A stretch of 62,825 nucleotides of DNA, filler included, from Stramenopiles sp. TOSAG23-3 (Eukaryota), in NCBI GenBank assembly GCA_900128585.1. It is 17 parts of 17 records of this genome, joined end to end, with 100 filler letters (N's around TTAATTAATTAA, not from the genome) between each part and the next. Parts side by side here need not be neighbours in the genome. Positions count along the whole stretch, not along the records: positions 1 to 3,629 come from LT644146.1; positions 3,730 to 7,358 come from LT644147.1; positions 7,459 to 11,080 come from LT644148.1; positions 11,181 to 14,801 come from LT644149.1; 13 more parts are not named here. One strand, given 5' to 3'. The notes under the pieces are model-generated. The model was not told the DNA's origin. It was given only the letters and a program-made list of their open reading frames with translations, and did no database searches. Position 1 is the stretch's first letter, and the number at the start of each line of letters is the position of its first letter. Below are positions 1 through 12,296 of the stretch, one piece after another. A program made the position numbers and the translations under genes.

Positions 1-199
1 TTTCTTCGTTAACATCTGAGTGCAACTATTTTCAATCAAACTTTTGTTTATCGTTTTACTTACAAAGGCACCCACACACTTTCCAATTGGAGTAACATAC
101 TAAAAAATATATTTTTACTTTAATAATAATAGAAAAACTATATATTAAGTAATATATATAAAACCAAGTTAAATAGTAGTTGTTAGTAGTAGTAGTTTA

Positions 200-260
200 T
201 CTTTTCTTCTTCTTTTTTTCTTTCTTCTTCTTCTTCTTCTTCTCTTTCTTCTTCTTTTTC
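200..260. repeat. (TTC/TTTC)n low-complexity tract
   Basis: Seen directly. Similar tracts occur at 15870-16070, 29735-29865 and 58846-58880. Confidence 0.9.
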
Positions 261-414
261 TCGACGACAACAACGCGGCGCGACGACCGACGACGGGCGG
301 CGACGATCTTTTTTTTCTCACTCTTTTCCTCGTACCATACGAAATTAAGTACGAAATATTAGTCCTATATAAATATATATATTTTTGCGCCTTTCACCAC
401 CCACCATCATAGCA

Positions 415-514
415 TCAACAACCTCAACAACCTCAACAGCAGAAACAGCAGAAACAGCAGAAACAGCGGAACAGCAGAGACCTCAGATGTTCAGATGTTC
501 AGATGTTCAGATGT
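415..514. repeat. Cluster of short tandem repeats (AACCTCAAC, AGCAGAAAC, TCAGATGT)
   Basis: 2-5 adjacent copies of 8-9 nt units are visible. Confidence 0.85.
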
Positions 515-1296
515 ACCAAAGCATAAAATATCTTCATTAAATATTTACATATTATATACTAAATAAGAACATGATATATATAATAATAGTACATATAAAT
601 AAATGTATAAATATGTATTATACATTTTTATAGAATACATTTTGGAAGAGAAGAGATTATTGCGAAACAAATATTTTAGTATTTTCATATTTTAGTATTT
701 TCCTTCCTATATTTTAGTATAATATTTTAGCGACGAAGCGACGAACGACGAACAAAGAAATGCAAAGAAGAAGCACAAAGCACAGCCTTTTTGTTTTTAG
801 TGAAATAAACTTACTCTCGTAAATCTAGATAGGGTATCAATTGGAATAAGAATACGATTCGTGTACTTTGATGTTGTCTCTTCCTTTGTTGGCTGGTGCT
901 GCTGGCTGCCATTGTGTGGTAAACTAATAATAAATGAAATGTGACAAATTAAAGTAAGGACTATTAGACTCTATGTTCCAATATTACCGATTCGAGAGTT
1001 CCTTTGTTATGGTTCTATTTACTGCAAGACAATATTTACGAAGCGTCGCATAAAGTATTTATGTATACATGTAATCCTTAATATTGCAGCAGACGAATAG
1101 TTAGGACAGTACAGTAGATACTTATACAAGTATGCATGTTCATAGGGACAGTGTTATTAAATAATTTGGTTGAATTGCACCAAGGCACCCCTCGTCACCC
1201 AACGGTGTTAGTACACTACGGAGCATTGGGAACGAAAGACAAAGTATTTAATTAGTATTTATGAAGAGACTGAAGACACAAACAAAATGTTAGAGT

Positions 1297-3629
1297 TCAC
1301 CGATAAACTCGTTGATGCCCAAATCGAGGCCCTCGGGCAGGAAGCTTGCTGTTACCGAGTGATCCTGAGACCAAATGGAACGGATCAAATGTCTTGACAG
1401 GCAGGGCTTTTCCCATGGTAGGATTCGGCCGGCCGATGCCTACACGGGCCGGTTTCCCAACCCTCAATGTAGGGTGCTGGCGGGCGGCGGGGAGGTTGCC
1501 ACCAAGACCCCCCGCGAACGGGTTGAAAACTTTGACAGGGACGACTTTCTTGATTGGCTCATGAATAAGTCGGGGCCCACCAACGATACCGCGGCCTCGC
1601 GCGTTTTGGTTCGGGGCTATGAACTGCTGCTGCCGCGGTATTAGCGCCTTTATTGGGGCCGGTTCCCCTACACGCAGGAAGGGGTTCGTGGGCTGTGCAA
1701 GTTTAAAGAAGGCACTTAGCTCTGCTTTCTCCGCGGGAACGATTTTCCGTGGCTCTCGCACTTGCAAATACCGTGGGCCCACGTTAGCAAACTTCTTTTT
1801 TCCGACAGGGTAAGACGTCCCAGGCATGGCGACATCGTTGGCGCCAGCGGTGGTAGAGTCAACGAAAGGTTTAGCCAACGAGTCGATTGGCGCTCCGGTG
1901 GCCGTGCGGACCATTCGTGGGGCGTGGCTGCTTCTGGTAAACTTTCCAGACCCTTGGAAGCCTGCAGCTACGGGGCGTTTGGGGGAAGAATGCGGCCGTG
2001 CTGCCTCATCATTCCTGGCAGCCTCTGCCATTCTTGCTGCGCGTTCCGGGGAGATGATTGCTAGCTTTTCGAGTGCAGGATTCGTCCGTTTAAATAACCT
2101 CCGCGGCTCCACGTCGCGGTCTTCCTCCTCGTCACTCTCGACAGGCAGCAGTTTCTTTTTCTTGGCCCCTGGAATTCGATTCCTCCGAGGTCCTTGAGAG
2201 GGTACTTTCATCGCCGATCCTTCCACAGTCAGGTCGGACAGAAGAGAGGCCCTGGGGTACTCTATGGCTTTCTTTGCCCGATAAATTAGTTCCCACTTTC
2301 CCAAGTCTACGTTCTTCGGCTTCTTCTTTCCGCCCGTGTACTCGTAATCCGCAAGGACTTTGATGGTATCGGGCAATACTTCTTTCACAAGCCGTTCCGT
2401 AACTGGAGTGCTATAGTCCATGGCTGGGCTAGAGTTGACTTCGATCAGCCACACGTCTAACTTTTCGTCGATCATAAAATCATAGCCGTAAAGTTCGCAG
2501 CTTCGATTTCTATTTTGAACCATATCCTGGACACTCATGGTAGACCACGCGACAATTTTCTTCATCTGGCGCTGAATCTTGGACTTCCACAAGTCTTCGG
2601 AGCCATGCTCTTCCCCCAAGTACTTTATGAACTGGTCCGAGTGCCACATGTTCCCCTCGATGGGGCTTTCCTTAAACTGTTTGCTTTTCTTCGCCACTGA
2701 ATTGTTCGCCAAATGTATGTACTTGTCGCTCAAGTCGTCCAAGCTATAGTCCGTGGCACAAAATCGAAGGTACGAGTCCGAGTAGAAGTACAATGTCAGC
2801 GGGTTCCAGTCCGTTACCAGGACCCACTGCCGTATATCAAACTTTCTCCTCAAGATGGTGAGCGGGTTTTCGATGTACTTCTGGGCAACCCACTGCGATT
2901 CTTGGCCGTTTCCATTGCTGTCCGTGACATCCATGATGGCTTCGTAGCTGTCGAACACTTGTATGCCACGCCCACGGGACTTTCCCGCAGGCTTGATGAT
3001 CCACACGTTTTTGGACGGGTTGCCGTTCAGCCCCGTCTGGTGCGCAGGGTTTATCCTTAAAGAATCTAGCGCAACCATGATTTCGCACAACTCTCCGTTT
3101 GTGAGCTTTCGGAGCTCAAATTCCTTCGGTTTCCACGACCGTTTATTTCGCAAACTTATCTTCCGTTGGTACGCTCGCTTTTCGTGCGGTTTCATGTTTT
3201 TGGTAGGGTCTACTTTCTTGGCCTTTCGCTTCGGACAAGGAAGCTCCTTCGGCTCGCCGCTTTCGAACACGTTGCTTTGCGCAGGGTTGATGCACCCCCA
3301 CTCGTTGGGCTCCACCAGCTTCTCGACAAAAGATACAGGGGCGTCCAAGTACTTGTCATCCAACGACTGGCACATTTTGTGAACGACGCGCAGTGCTGCT
3401 CGTAGCACTGCTGGGTTTATCATCACCTCGTTTCGCTCCGCTTTGGACAGCAGTTCCAACCGCCTCTCCTCCAGCGGCTCGTACAAATCCCTGTTGTCCG
3501 CAACGTTGATCCCATAATGAAAGCGTTTCTTTCTTTTCTTTTTGGCGCTCACTTCGGCAACCGACTGTCCCTCGGCGGTGTCGTCGGGCTCCTTTGCTTC
3601 CTCGGCCCCGCCATTGAGCAACTCCGCTT
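1297..3629 (-). CDS. TTLL3: Tubulin-tyrosine-ligase-like protein, TTLL3/TTLL8 glycylase-like; 5' truncated
   Basis: TTL ATP-grasp motifs WIIKPAGKSRGRGI, QKYIENPL, KFDIRQWVLVTDWNPL, ELYGYDFMID and WLIEVNSSP. KPAxKSRGRGI and RQWVLVTDWNPL are typical of glycylases. The ORF runs off the contig end. Confidence 0.85.
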
Positions 3630-3729
3630 NNNNNNNNNNNNNNNNNNNNNNNNNNNNNNNNNNNNNNNNNNNNTTAATTAATTAANNNNNNNNNNNNNNN
3701 NNNNNNNNNNNNNNNNNNNNNNNNNNNNN
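3630..3729. other. Artificial contig linker (N44-TTAATTAATTAA-N44), first of 16
   Basis: The identical 100-nt linker with stops in all six frames recurs at 7359, 11081, 14802, 18516, 22228, 25932, 29635, 33337, 37035, 40727, 44419, 48107, 51791, 55472 and 59151. The intervening contigs decrease in length. Confidence 0.98.
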
Positions 3730-3813
3730 CACATTGGGCGCCACACCTTAGTATTGCCGCGCACAAAGGAATCCGCCGTCCCTTGCCCGCATTGTATAAA
3801 GGAAAGTGGCAAA

Positions 3814-5397
3814 ATGGCGGGGCACCGTGGACGCCACACGAAGGGAAACTCACTGTACTCGCGTCAACCAAGCGTTCAGCAGGCGGAGGGAAGCAGCAGC
3901 TATCGCCCTGTCCCGTCTCGTGGAAACGGCGCACATGGAACCATGCAGTCGTTGGAACTGGCAAGTGAGTACGAACGGGAAAGGGCGAGGCGAATAGAAG
4001 AGAATAGGCAGTACATGATTTCGATAGGGTTAAAGCCGCTACATTCTGGCGGTCACGGGGGAACCGAACGGCGGAAAAAGCGAGGGCGCCCCCCGTCTTC
4101 TCAGTCGGCAGCAGCAAAGCTGATTGCCTCCCTTCCGCCTCGGGAACTCTCAACACGGAAGAAGGAGTCTGTTCGCCTGTTTGCCGACGAACAGGCCGAA
4201 TTGTTGGCGAACGAAGAATCGACAAAACAATCCCGGAGGAACAAAAGGAAGGCAAAGCAAAAAGTTGCTGCAGACGTCTCCAGAAAAGGCAATGTGCCCC
4301 ACTCCACGCTCATCAGCAAGTCGTTCAGCGATGGCCTGTACACCCAGCTGGACTTCTGGAGGTCACATTTGCGACGGTACAAGTTGACCTGTCGCAGCTC
4401 GGAAATTTTTGAAGGTGCCAGCTCTACGAAGGTCGTGCAAGGTACTGGCATGCACGGGACGAAGATGTTGGGAGAGCTAATGATGCCCGGGGCGTCCGTT
4501 CGTACGCTGTACAAGCGGTTGAGACCGCCGCGAGTGGACGGCCGCGTTTCGTCGGAAGATCAACAGACTCACGTGCTGGTAGCACGACATTTTCCAAGAC
4601 GAAACAAGCAGGCGTGGAAGCGCGCCACCAACAGCTTGAAGCGATTGAGCGAGCGATTGAGCAGTATGCCAGAGGGGTCAGTGGACCGGTTGAAGCCATT
4701 CGAGTACTTAATGAAAAACATATGCAACGTGTGCCACACACAAGTGCAGAACTCCAGGGCACTCATATCGCACAAGCGAGCATGCAAGCGCCGCGATGGC
4801 CAATGGGGAGAGGAAAACCATATGGGCCAGAAAGTGAACAAAGCTTACATTCGATCGGTGAAAAATTCGGCGCGATCGAATCCTAGAAAGCTGCGGCGCG
4901 CTAAGAAGGCAACTGAAAGGAAACGCGTTGATCCATCCCGAAAGAATAATGGCCGCGAAGAATACATTTTTGGGAAAGATCGAAACACAGAACGTTTCGA
5001 CCAAAAAGAAAATGTGGTAGGCCCTGGGAACAGGGAAAAGAAGCGGTTGACCGGGGAGATTACTGCAGACAAACTCGACGAGTCAGAAGACAGCGACGAG
5101 GAGGACAGTAGTTTTTTTAATTCCCTTTTCCAATCCGCCCCAGCAAAGAAGAAGAAACAAAAACTTTTCTCGAGGAAATCAAACGACTTTTTGAAGCAAG
5201 GATCAGCCACGGCTGTGAGCATCGTAGCTTCTCCACCTGCACACAAACATGCAAGGAAAACCGTGGCTGTGGAATCGAGCGGGTCCGAGTGGAACCCCAC
5301 CGACGAGGAAGAAAGCGAGGACAGCGACCAAAGTTTATTCGTCGAAAAGCCGCCGGGACCAACGAGAAACCGAAACTTTCTTCAAAACTTATTCTGA
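3814..5397 (+). CDS. Hypothetical nuclear protein with AT-hook-like and C2H2/C2HC zinc-finger-like motifs
   Basis: Long ORF, first ATG at 3814 (frame is open to the contig start). Motifs SEYERERARRIEENRQYMISIGL, KRGRPP and CNVC-x12-HKRAC, plus acidic and basic low-complexity tracts. Confidence 0.65.
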   Translation: MAGHRGRHTKGNSLYSRQPSVQQAEGSSSYRPVPSRGNGAHGTMQSLELASEYERERARRIEENRQYMISIGLKPLHSGGHGGTERRKKRGRPPSSQSAAAKLIASLPPRELSTRKKESVRLFADEQAELLANEESTKQSRRNKRKAKQKVAADVSRKGNVPHSTLISKSFSDGLYTQLDFWRSHLRRYKLTCRSSEIFEGASSTKVVQGTGMHGTKMLGELMMPGASVRTLYKRLRPPRVDGRVSSEDQQTHVLVARHFPRRNKQAWKRATNSLKRLSERLSSMPEGSVDRLKPFEYLMKNICNVCHTQVQNSRALISHKRACKRRDGQWGEENHMGQKVNKAYIRSVKNSARSNPRKLRRAKKATERKRVDPSRKNNGREEYIFGKDRNTERFDQKENVVGPGNREKKRLTGEITADKLDESEDSDEEDSSFFNSLFQSAPAKKKKQKLFSRKSNDFLKQGSATAVSIVASPPAHKHARKTVAVESSGSEWNPTDEEESEDSDQSLFVEKPPGPTRNRNFLQNLF

Positions 5398-6230
5398 AAA
5401 CAAAAGAGAGTTTAGGAACAGAAGCAAACGTTTCATCAGCACATGAGCAATTCAATCAGCGGACGCAACACCCACTTTGGACAGCCAAGGCGGAGAAACG
5501 CTGTGGTGGACGAAGAAGTATAATAGCTGTGTGCCCCCCGTCCTCTCAATGCGTTTTCTTTTGCTTATACAGTATTAATATTATATTGTATTATGACCTA
5601 TCTTAATAAAATTAATTATTATTTATTTTTTATTAATTTTTTTTATCCAAATAAATTTTAGACACTATTATAATATATTATAATATAATTGCCCTTATAT
5701 TCGTCTACTCAAGGTATAATTATAGTTTTAAAATAAATGCCGTTTCACACTTTAAAAATATTTAATAATTTTACTTGAATGTGATATGTTACGCCTCTCG
5801 AAATGAAACGATAAATATAAACACAGCGTACATTAAAAAAGAAAAATGCGTGCATCCATATCAATGGCAATCAGCTCTTGCTATAATAATAGTACTTAAG
5901 CTTTATCATCATCACACCATTGCTAATAATTATATTTTGAGATGCTGTTGTGGGCTGTGGCTGGTAAAAATAATATAATAATAAAATAAATAATAAGGGG
6001 TGAGTGAACGAATCAACTGTGTAACGATCAATAAAGTAGAATTGGCGCAAAAGAGAAAATTTTGAACACAGATTAGTGTCAAAAGCAAATCCCAGGAACA
6101 ACTATAATTGCAAATATAGTAAATTTATAACATTGTATACGAGACGACCTAATTGCAAAATCGGCACTGACCATTAGGCAACTGCGAGGAGTTGCGACTA
6201 TTTTGATTCTTCGCAAAAGGTTGGGTGAGA

Positions 6231-7358
6231 ATGAGTGAGGGTAAGAAATTTCTAGACTGCATTGTCACCTTTAAGCCAAGCGACGACAGCGGTGACATTG
6301 ACGTCCCGCTAACCATATCGACGGAAGAGCATTCAGAGCAAATTCTTTTACGAGTCGTGCACAAAGCTCACTTGGATTATCGAAAACAGTACAACTTCAA
6401 TTATACAGAATGGCAGGAAGAGGACGAGTTTCCAGGGGAGACCGAGAACAGCCCTGGGGAGGACCAGGTTACTTACGAAATAAAGGACAACGATGGGATG
6501 AAAGGAGCATTGAAGGACTGGGAACGGTCTTCTCTGAAACGAAAGGCAATGATTGTGACCCGAGAGACGAATGCAATAATCGCAGAGCTCTCAAAAGAAC
6601 CCCGCGACAAGATGACCCGCAATGGTCTAAGGACCATGAAGACTTTGTACTCAATATCACTCAGTCCATACAACATTCAGTTTATACCGGTCACTTTGCT
6701 CAAAACATTAGAAGCTACGGCTAAAAATGGTAACGACACTGCCAAATCGATTACCCTAGCAATTCTGAGGGAGTTAGTAGATAATCCTGCAATGACCGAA
6801 GCAATTGCCAGAGCAAAGACGCTGGTGAGAACTATATTTTTTGTCACGAAGAATCGTATCAAGGAAATCCGTCAAATGCGCGAGAACATGTCCGAAAATC
6901 AAAGACGAGAAGTGGTATTTTTGGAGGAGACGCTGGCTGGGTTTGCCGCCAGGCTATCCTTGAATCCTATGGGCAGACAAGCCCTGGCAAGGTTCAAAGA
7001 GGAAACGCTTTCCACCCTGGTCATATTCTCGAATAGCTGCCCAGACTCCGTACCTTTGCAAGTGTTTCTAGGCGCCTTTTGCGCGGCCCTACAGACCGAA
7101 AAAGAGTTGTCCAAGGCTGCTGCGCAGACGGACTTCATGCTCTCAAATCTTGCTCTGATCCAGACGTCGACGAAGGATTCCATCGTCTCGTTAGGGCTTC
7201 TCGTTCTAGATTTGATCGGAAGAGAAGAGTGGGGTCACGAATTTTTACTGAATGTGAAAACTATTGAGTGCATTTCAAGCGTTCTTATGCGGTGCCTTCC
7301 AAATATGGAACCCAAGGAAGAGCCGGAGAGCCCCGAATCATCCCCGGGACGCTCACCT
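6231..7358 (+). CDS. Helical (ARM/HEAT-like) repeat protein; 3' truncated
   Basis: ORF of more than 370 codons with amphipathic helices, running into the linker. Fold is inferred. Confidence 0.6.
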
Positions 7359-7696
7359 NNNNNNNNNNNNNNNNNNNNNNNNNNNNNNNNNNNNNNNNNN
7401 NNTTAATTAATTAANNNNNNNNNNNNNNNNNNNNNNNNNNNNNNNNNNNNNNNNNNNNAATAACAATTCACGAAAAGAAAGGAGACGGAGATACGTACGT
7501 GTGGATGAAGAAAAGTATTTCTTTCTAAGAAAAGACTTTACTTCGATCTCTTAGTGTTGAAACAAAGGTAGTAGAAAAAAGAGCATAGAAGAAGGACTGT
7601 ACTACTTCTGGAACGGCAGGCTTGAGGGCGCACGACTGGGACCGCTCTGCTGCCCGCTGGGCTTTCGCCTTTCCGACGAGCGTGTTTGGAAGTGGA

Positions 7697-10600
7697 ATGA
7701 AGGGTGCGAAACTTGAAAATCTAGGAGAAAGAAAGGCGCACGATGCCTGCGCAAGTGTACTGGACAAAAGGCCGCAGTCACTAGAAAGAGAGCGGGGCGG
7801 GGATGGCTCTGTCCTTTTGTTGCAAGGCAAGGCTGCTGCGAGAGCGCTCTTCTGCACGAAGCGAAACGCACTGCAGTGGATTTTCGCTTTGAGTTTTGCG
7901 TTGGCGGGGGGGTTGCCCTCTACGCTCGCGGAGGAGTGGAACTGCGCTTCCACCAGTGGGACGTTTGAACGAAGCACGGACTGTACTATGGGAGATGAAG
8001 TTGCCGTTGACGGGGACTTGGCGGTGACGGGGAACGAGACGGTGTACTCTACGCTGACGGCAGCGAGCGGCAAGAGGCATTTTAACATCACCAGTGGCGC
8101 GCACAGGGTGTCGTTGTCGTGGTTGAACATGACCGGTGGGGATACCACTAGCAACAGCGGAGACGACAGATATGGTGGTTCCATTTACGTTTACAACGTA
8201 GCTGCCCATTTGAACATATCCCATTGTGTCTTTTTCAATAATCATGCTCGTTACGGTGGTGCTATTTATGCTCGTGGTGGACAAGCTAACTTTTTCTTTA
8301 CTTTTGTTCGTTTCAATCAGAATCATGCGAGTTCTTCCGGTTACGGGGGTGCTGTATATTTACGGAATGCGAAGCTTGTTGATCAATCCTCAATGTATAA
8401 TATGAATACAGCAGGGTATAGAGGTGGTGCTCTCTTCCTGCGGGATGGTTCATTTTCTTTCTTTAATAGCTCGTTGGTAAGTAACACCGCAGGGGATAGA
8501 GGAGGTGGAATTTCTATCTATGGTGATTCCTCTGGTTCTTCTTTTTTAAATATGTCATCTGTCACCCTACAATCTAATAAACAAATAGATGGGGGGACAA
8601 ATGGTCAGTATGGTGGGGGTGGACTTTATTTAGTCTACAAAGTAACTGCGAATATTAGAGAATGTACGTTTATACGAAACGAAGCAACAGAAGGATCAAC
8701 AGGCGATAAGCATGGGCATCAGGTTTTTACAGGGAAAGGTAGTTCTGGTACTCCCTCCATCGCTATTGTCAACACCAAGTTTACGGATGTTAGTGGATCC
8801 AACGCCTTCTACGGGTTAGATACGGACAGCCCCACGCACGGCGCCGAAACATACGTAAGCCCAAACAACTGCGCCGCCGACTTTTGCTCCGCCACCCCCT
8901 TCACCGGTACATGCACTGTTCACCCAATGGGCCCAAAGCGTGGCGTACTCTGTGACTACGACAACGCCACTGCTTGCCCAATCGGGTTCGACAAACGGTT
9001 GCCGCCTTCCAACCCCCCGACATGTCTTGAGTGCCTACTCCCCGCCGAAGGAACTGTAGAGAGAAGTGCTGATTGTCAGCTGGGCAGCGAAGTTGCCATT
9101 GACGGGGACCTGAGCATTACGGGGAAAGAGAACACATACACGACACTTTTTGCTGCCGCTGGAAAGCGCCATTTTAAGATCACCTCTGGCGCGCACAGGG
9201 TGTCGATGAAGTGGTTGAACCTGACCGGGGGGAATTCTGGTAGTAATAATGGTGGTTCCATTTATGTTTACAACGTAGCTGCCCATTTGAACATATCCCA
9301 TTGTGTCTTTTTTAATAATCGTGCTGGCTATGGTGGTGCTGTTTATGCTTCTAATGGTTATCCTACTCTGTTCTTTTCTTTTGTTTTATTTCAATCGAAT
9401 GAGGCTGGTTGGACTGGAGGAGGGGTGTATTTAGTCAGAGCATCCTATATTGGAATATCAAATAGATTCAACAACAATATAGCATCAATCGGTGGTGGTG
9501 GAATGCGTATTTTTTATTCCAGTTCTGTTTCAATTAGAAAATCATCTTTTATAAGGAATAGAGCAAAGTATAGAGGAGGTGGTATTGCTATATATGGTAC
9601 ATCAAATGGTTCTTCTACAGTGAATTTAACACAAGTAGAAATACGAGAAAATAAACAAACATCTGGATCATCAATTAATGATTATGGTGGTGGTGGACTT
9701 TTTTTATATCAGAAAGTGACTGTTCAAATTAGAGAATGCACGTTTGTACAAAACGAAGCGACGGAAGGGCCAAGTGGAGAGAAACAGGGACATCAGATAA
9801 TGACATATAAAACTAGTTCTGAAATTCCCTTCATCGCAATCGTCAACACGAACTTTACAAACGTTGAAAAGGGCCGCAAATTCTATGGGTGCCTTTACAA
9901 TGGGAGCAGTGTAGTTGCAGCCGAATTTGTAAGCCCAACGACCTGCTCCTCCAACCCTTGCTCTGTGTCCCCCTTTACTGGAGAATGTTCCGATATGAAC
10001 ACCGGCGTCTTGTGCAGTATTGCCAACGAGTACAATCCATCGTGCACTGCCGGACAAGTGAAAGCAACCGTCTCCAAAGCCCTGCTACCCCCACGGCTTT
10101 GCGTGTGTCCGGAAAACACTCACATGAACGACTCTGTGTGTAGTCCTTGTAATAATGGTACCTTTACGCGCTTTCCCTCCAGCATATTTGGAAACGAAAA
10201 CCACGATCATATTTCAGACTGCCTCTTGCCGCCAATGATCCATAACATGACACCGGAAAGCCCTGTGCCCAACAGCAGCAACGTGGTATCGTTTTCCGGC
10301 AAGTTCGACGGGACGACCATCGACTTGACCATGGGACTCGGCCAGTGGACCAGCATAACAAGAATATCCTCCACAACCATCACCGCCATACCACCTCAAG
10401 GAATTACTGGGTACCTCTACCCGCTTTACATTACCGTAGATGGCATCCAAGCCACGGAGGCCTTTAATTTCTCCTACAGGGCTCCAAACATAACATCAGT
10501 CATTTCCCCACCCTTTGCTGGAGGATGGGTCAAGATTTTAGGTCAGCATTTTGGGTCCACCCTAGACGAGATAAAGATATCTGTCTCTGGCGTAGGTGCC

Positions 10601-11080
10601 TGCCCCGTTCCATGTGGAGAAACGCAGTGGACCGAAGGCGGGGTTGCCTGCCTCTACGATGCTCCGGGTTCAGAGGGCGTAACTATGAATGTCCGCATCA
10701 CGGTCGGCCCAGAGGGGCACGAGCAGCCGAGCAACTTGGCCACCTACCAGTACGAATTTGACAAGGGCACACTCACTGGCATACCGGAGGGACGGCAGCG
10801 CATGACCGAAGGCGCCAACCTGACCTACCGGCTTGCCCTGACCAGCAACATTGTTCCCAAGGATGACAATGTAACAGTGCATATCTCCGCCTCTGGCTGC
10901 ACCGTAGCCCCGACGGACCTCACATTCTTAGTGAACCAAGAACTAGATACTTACTCGATAAATGTCAGTACCACCGACAACAAAGTGGACGAAGGAACGG
11001 CCATCGCCTACTCTTGCACCATCACCCACACAATCGAGACGACGGACCGGCAGTACAAAGACAATTTGCCGAGAGCCTTA
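7697..11080 (+). CDS. Polymorphic membrane protein-like (GGA[I/V/L]/FxxN beta-helix) surface protein with Cys-rich linkers and IPT/TIG-like domains; 3' truncated
   Basis: Repeated FFNNxAxYGGAIY and GGGLYL motifs in two duplicated blocks. A hydrophobic signal-like segment (WIFALSFALAGG) precedes them, and FSYRAPNITSV...GGWVKILGQHFG resembles IPT/TIG. Confidence 0.8.
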
Positions 11081-12296
11081 NNNNNNNNNNNNNNNNNNNN
11101 NNNNNNNNNNNNNNNNNNNNNNNNTTAATTAATTAANNNNNNNNNNNNNNNNNNNNNNNNNNNNNNNNNNNNNNNNNNNNGTGCGTTTGTCTATATTTTT
11201 TACAACATTTAATCGCGTACATTCTATACATGGACACTATCTATCTATACTCAAATCCATAATTAACCAAGAAAGAAGTGAAGAAGAAGATATACTATTT
11301 TTTCTACAAAATATATAGCATACATATACAAAGCATAATAATGTACAACACAGGCTGTATAAATGAAAAAAATTAATAAAAAGAACAGTGTCATAAATAT
11401 ATAGATAGTAGGCACACAGTATCTATATAAATAATTAATTATGTAAGAAAACATACATTAATTATATTTAATAATTTTTTTCTTCTTTTCTTCGTCTCTT
11501 TCTTCAGTGATTCAGATAATCGTTTAACTCCTTCTTCTTCTTTATACCCTTCTTCTTCCTCCTTTCCTTTTTTTTACTATAATACTACTTGGTATTAAAT
11601 TATATATATTTATTAGTGCATTGTGAATAATTCCAATAATATATAAAAGTTCAATAGTCCAAATAGTCCAAATAGTTCTTTCTTTTTGTTCTTACCTTTT
11701 TAATAGTCTGTCTATTATAATTAATAATAGTTATTTTATTATTAAATATAAGTATTAAATAAATTTTGTAACGAATAATTTCGATTTAAACCGCGATAAA
11801 AAATAAGGAAATGTGTTCTATAATTTTTAAGGTTTAAGTAATTAAAAAACCCTTCAAAACAGTTCTGCTCTCCTATCCTGTGTTGCTTTTATATTTATTT
11901 TAATTTATGATGCTGTGTTCATCTACCTTTCTGTGTTGGTTATTTCCGTTATATTTTTTGGAATTCCACGACCTTCTTGCTACAAGCCTTTGCTAGGGGA
12001 ACGGGCAGCACCAACGATTTCAGATTTTCATTGATGATGAGTCAAGAGCTCAAGAGCAAGCTCTTAGGTTAAATACGAACCGTATGTCGCTTTCTGCGTT
12101 TGATTCACATGTTTTGATTCAGAAAAGGAACCATGAAGTGTTCAGGAATACATTTTACTGATATTATTGAGTGTATTAAGAAGGCATCTGGTTACTACCG
12201 GTACTTTAGTCGCAATTGTCCACTTCGTGTGTTTGTTTTTCGCGACGGCCTAGAACTGCTGAGAAAGAAGCGGGCTTTCGTGCGCCGAGTTAGACC

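Noticed and set aside
180-362. Phe/Ser/Leu- or Lys/Glu-rich ORFs (also 15889-16086, 29683-29964, 45676-45858) and the long N-terminal extensions of ORFs 17282, 29887 and 25842
   Set aside because: These are translations of microsatellite or AT-rich noncoding DNA; true starts lie at the GC transition.
8174-9349. Diversity-generating retroelement TR/VR pair
   Set aside because: Differences between the copies are not adenine-specific, both copies are in-frame coding, and no reverse transcriptase is present.
12025-12125. Possible C/D snoRNA (ATGATGA box C-like)
   Set aside because: No properly placed D box, terminal stem or recognisable rRNA guide.
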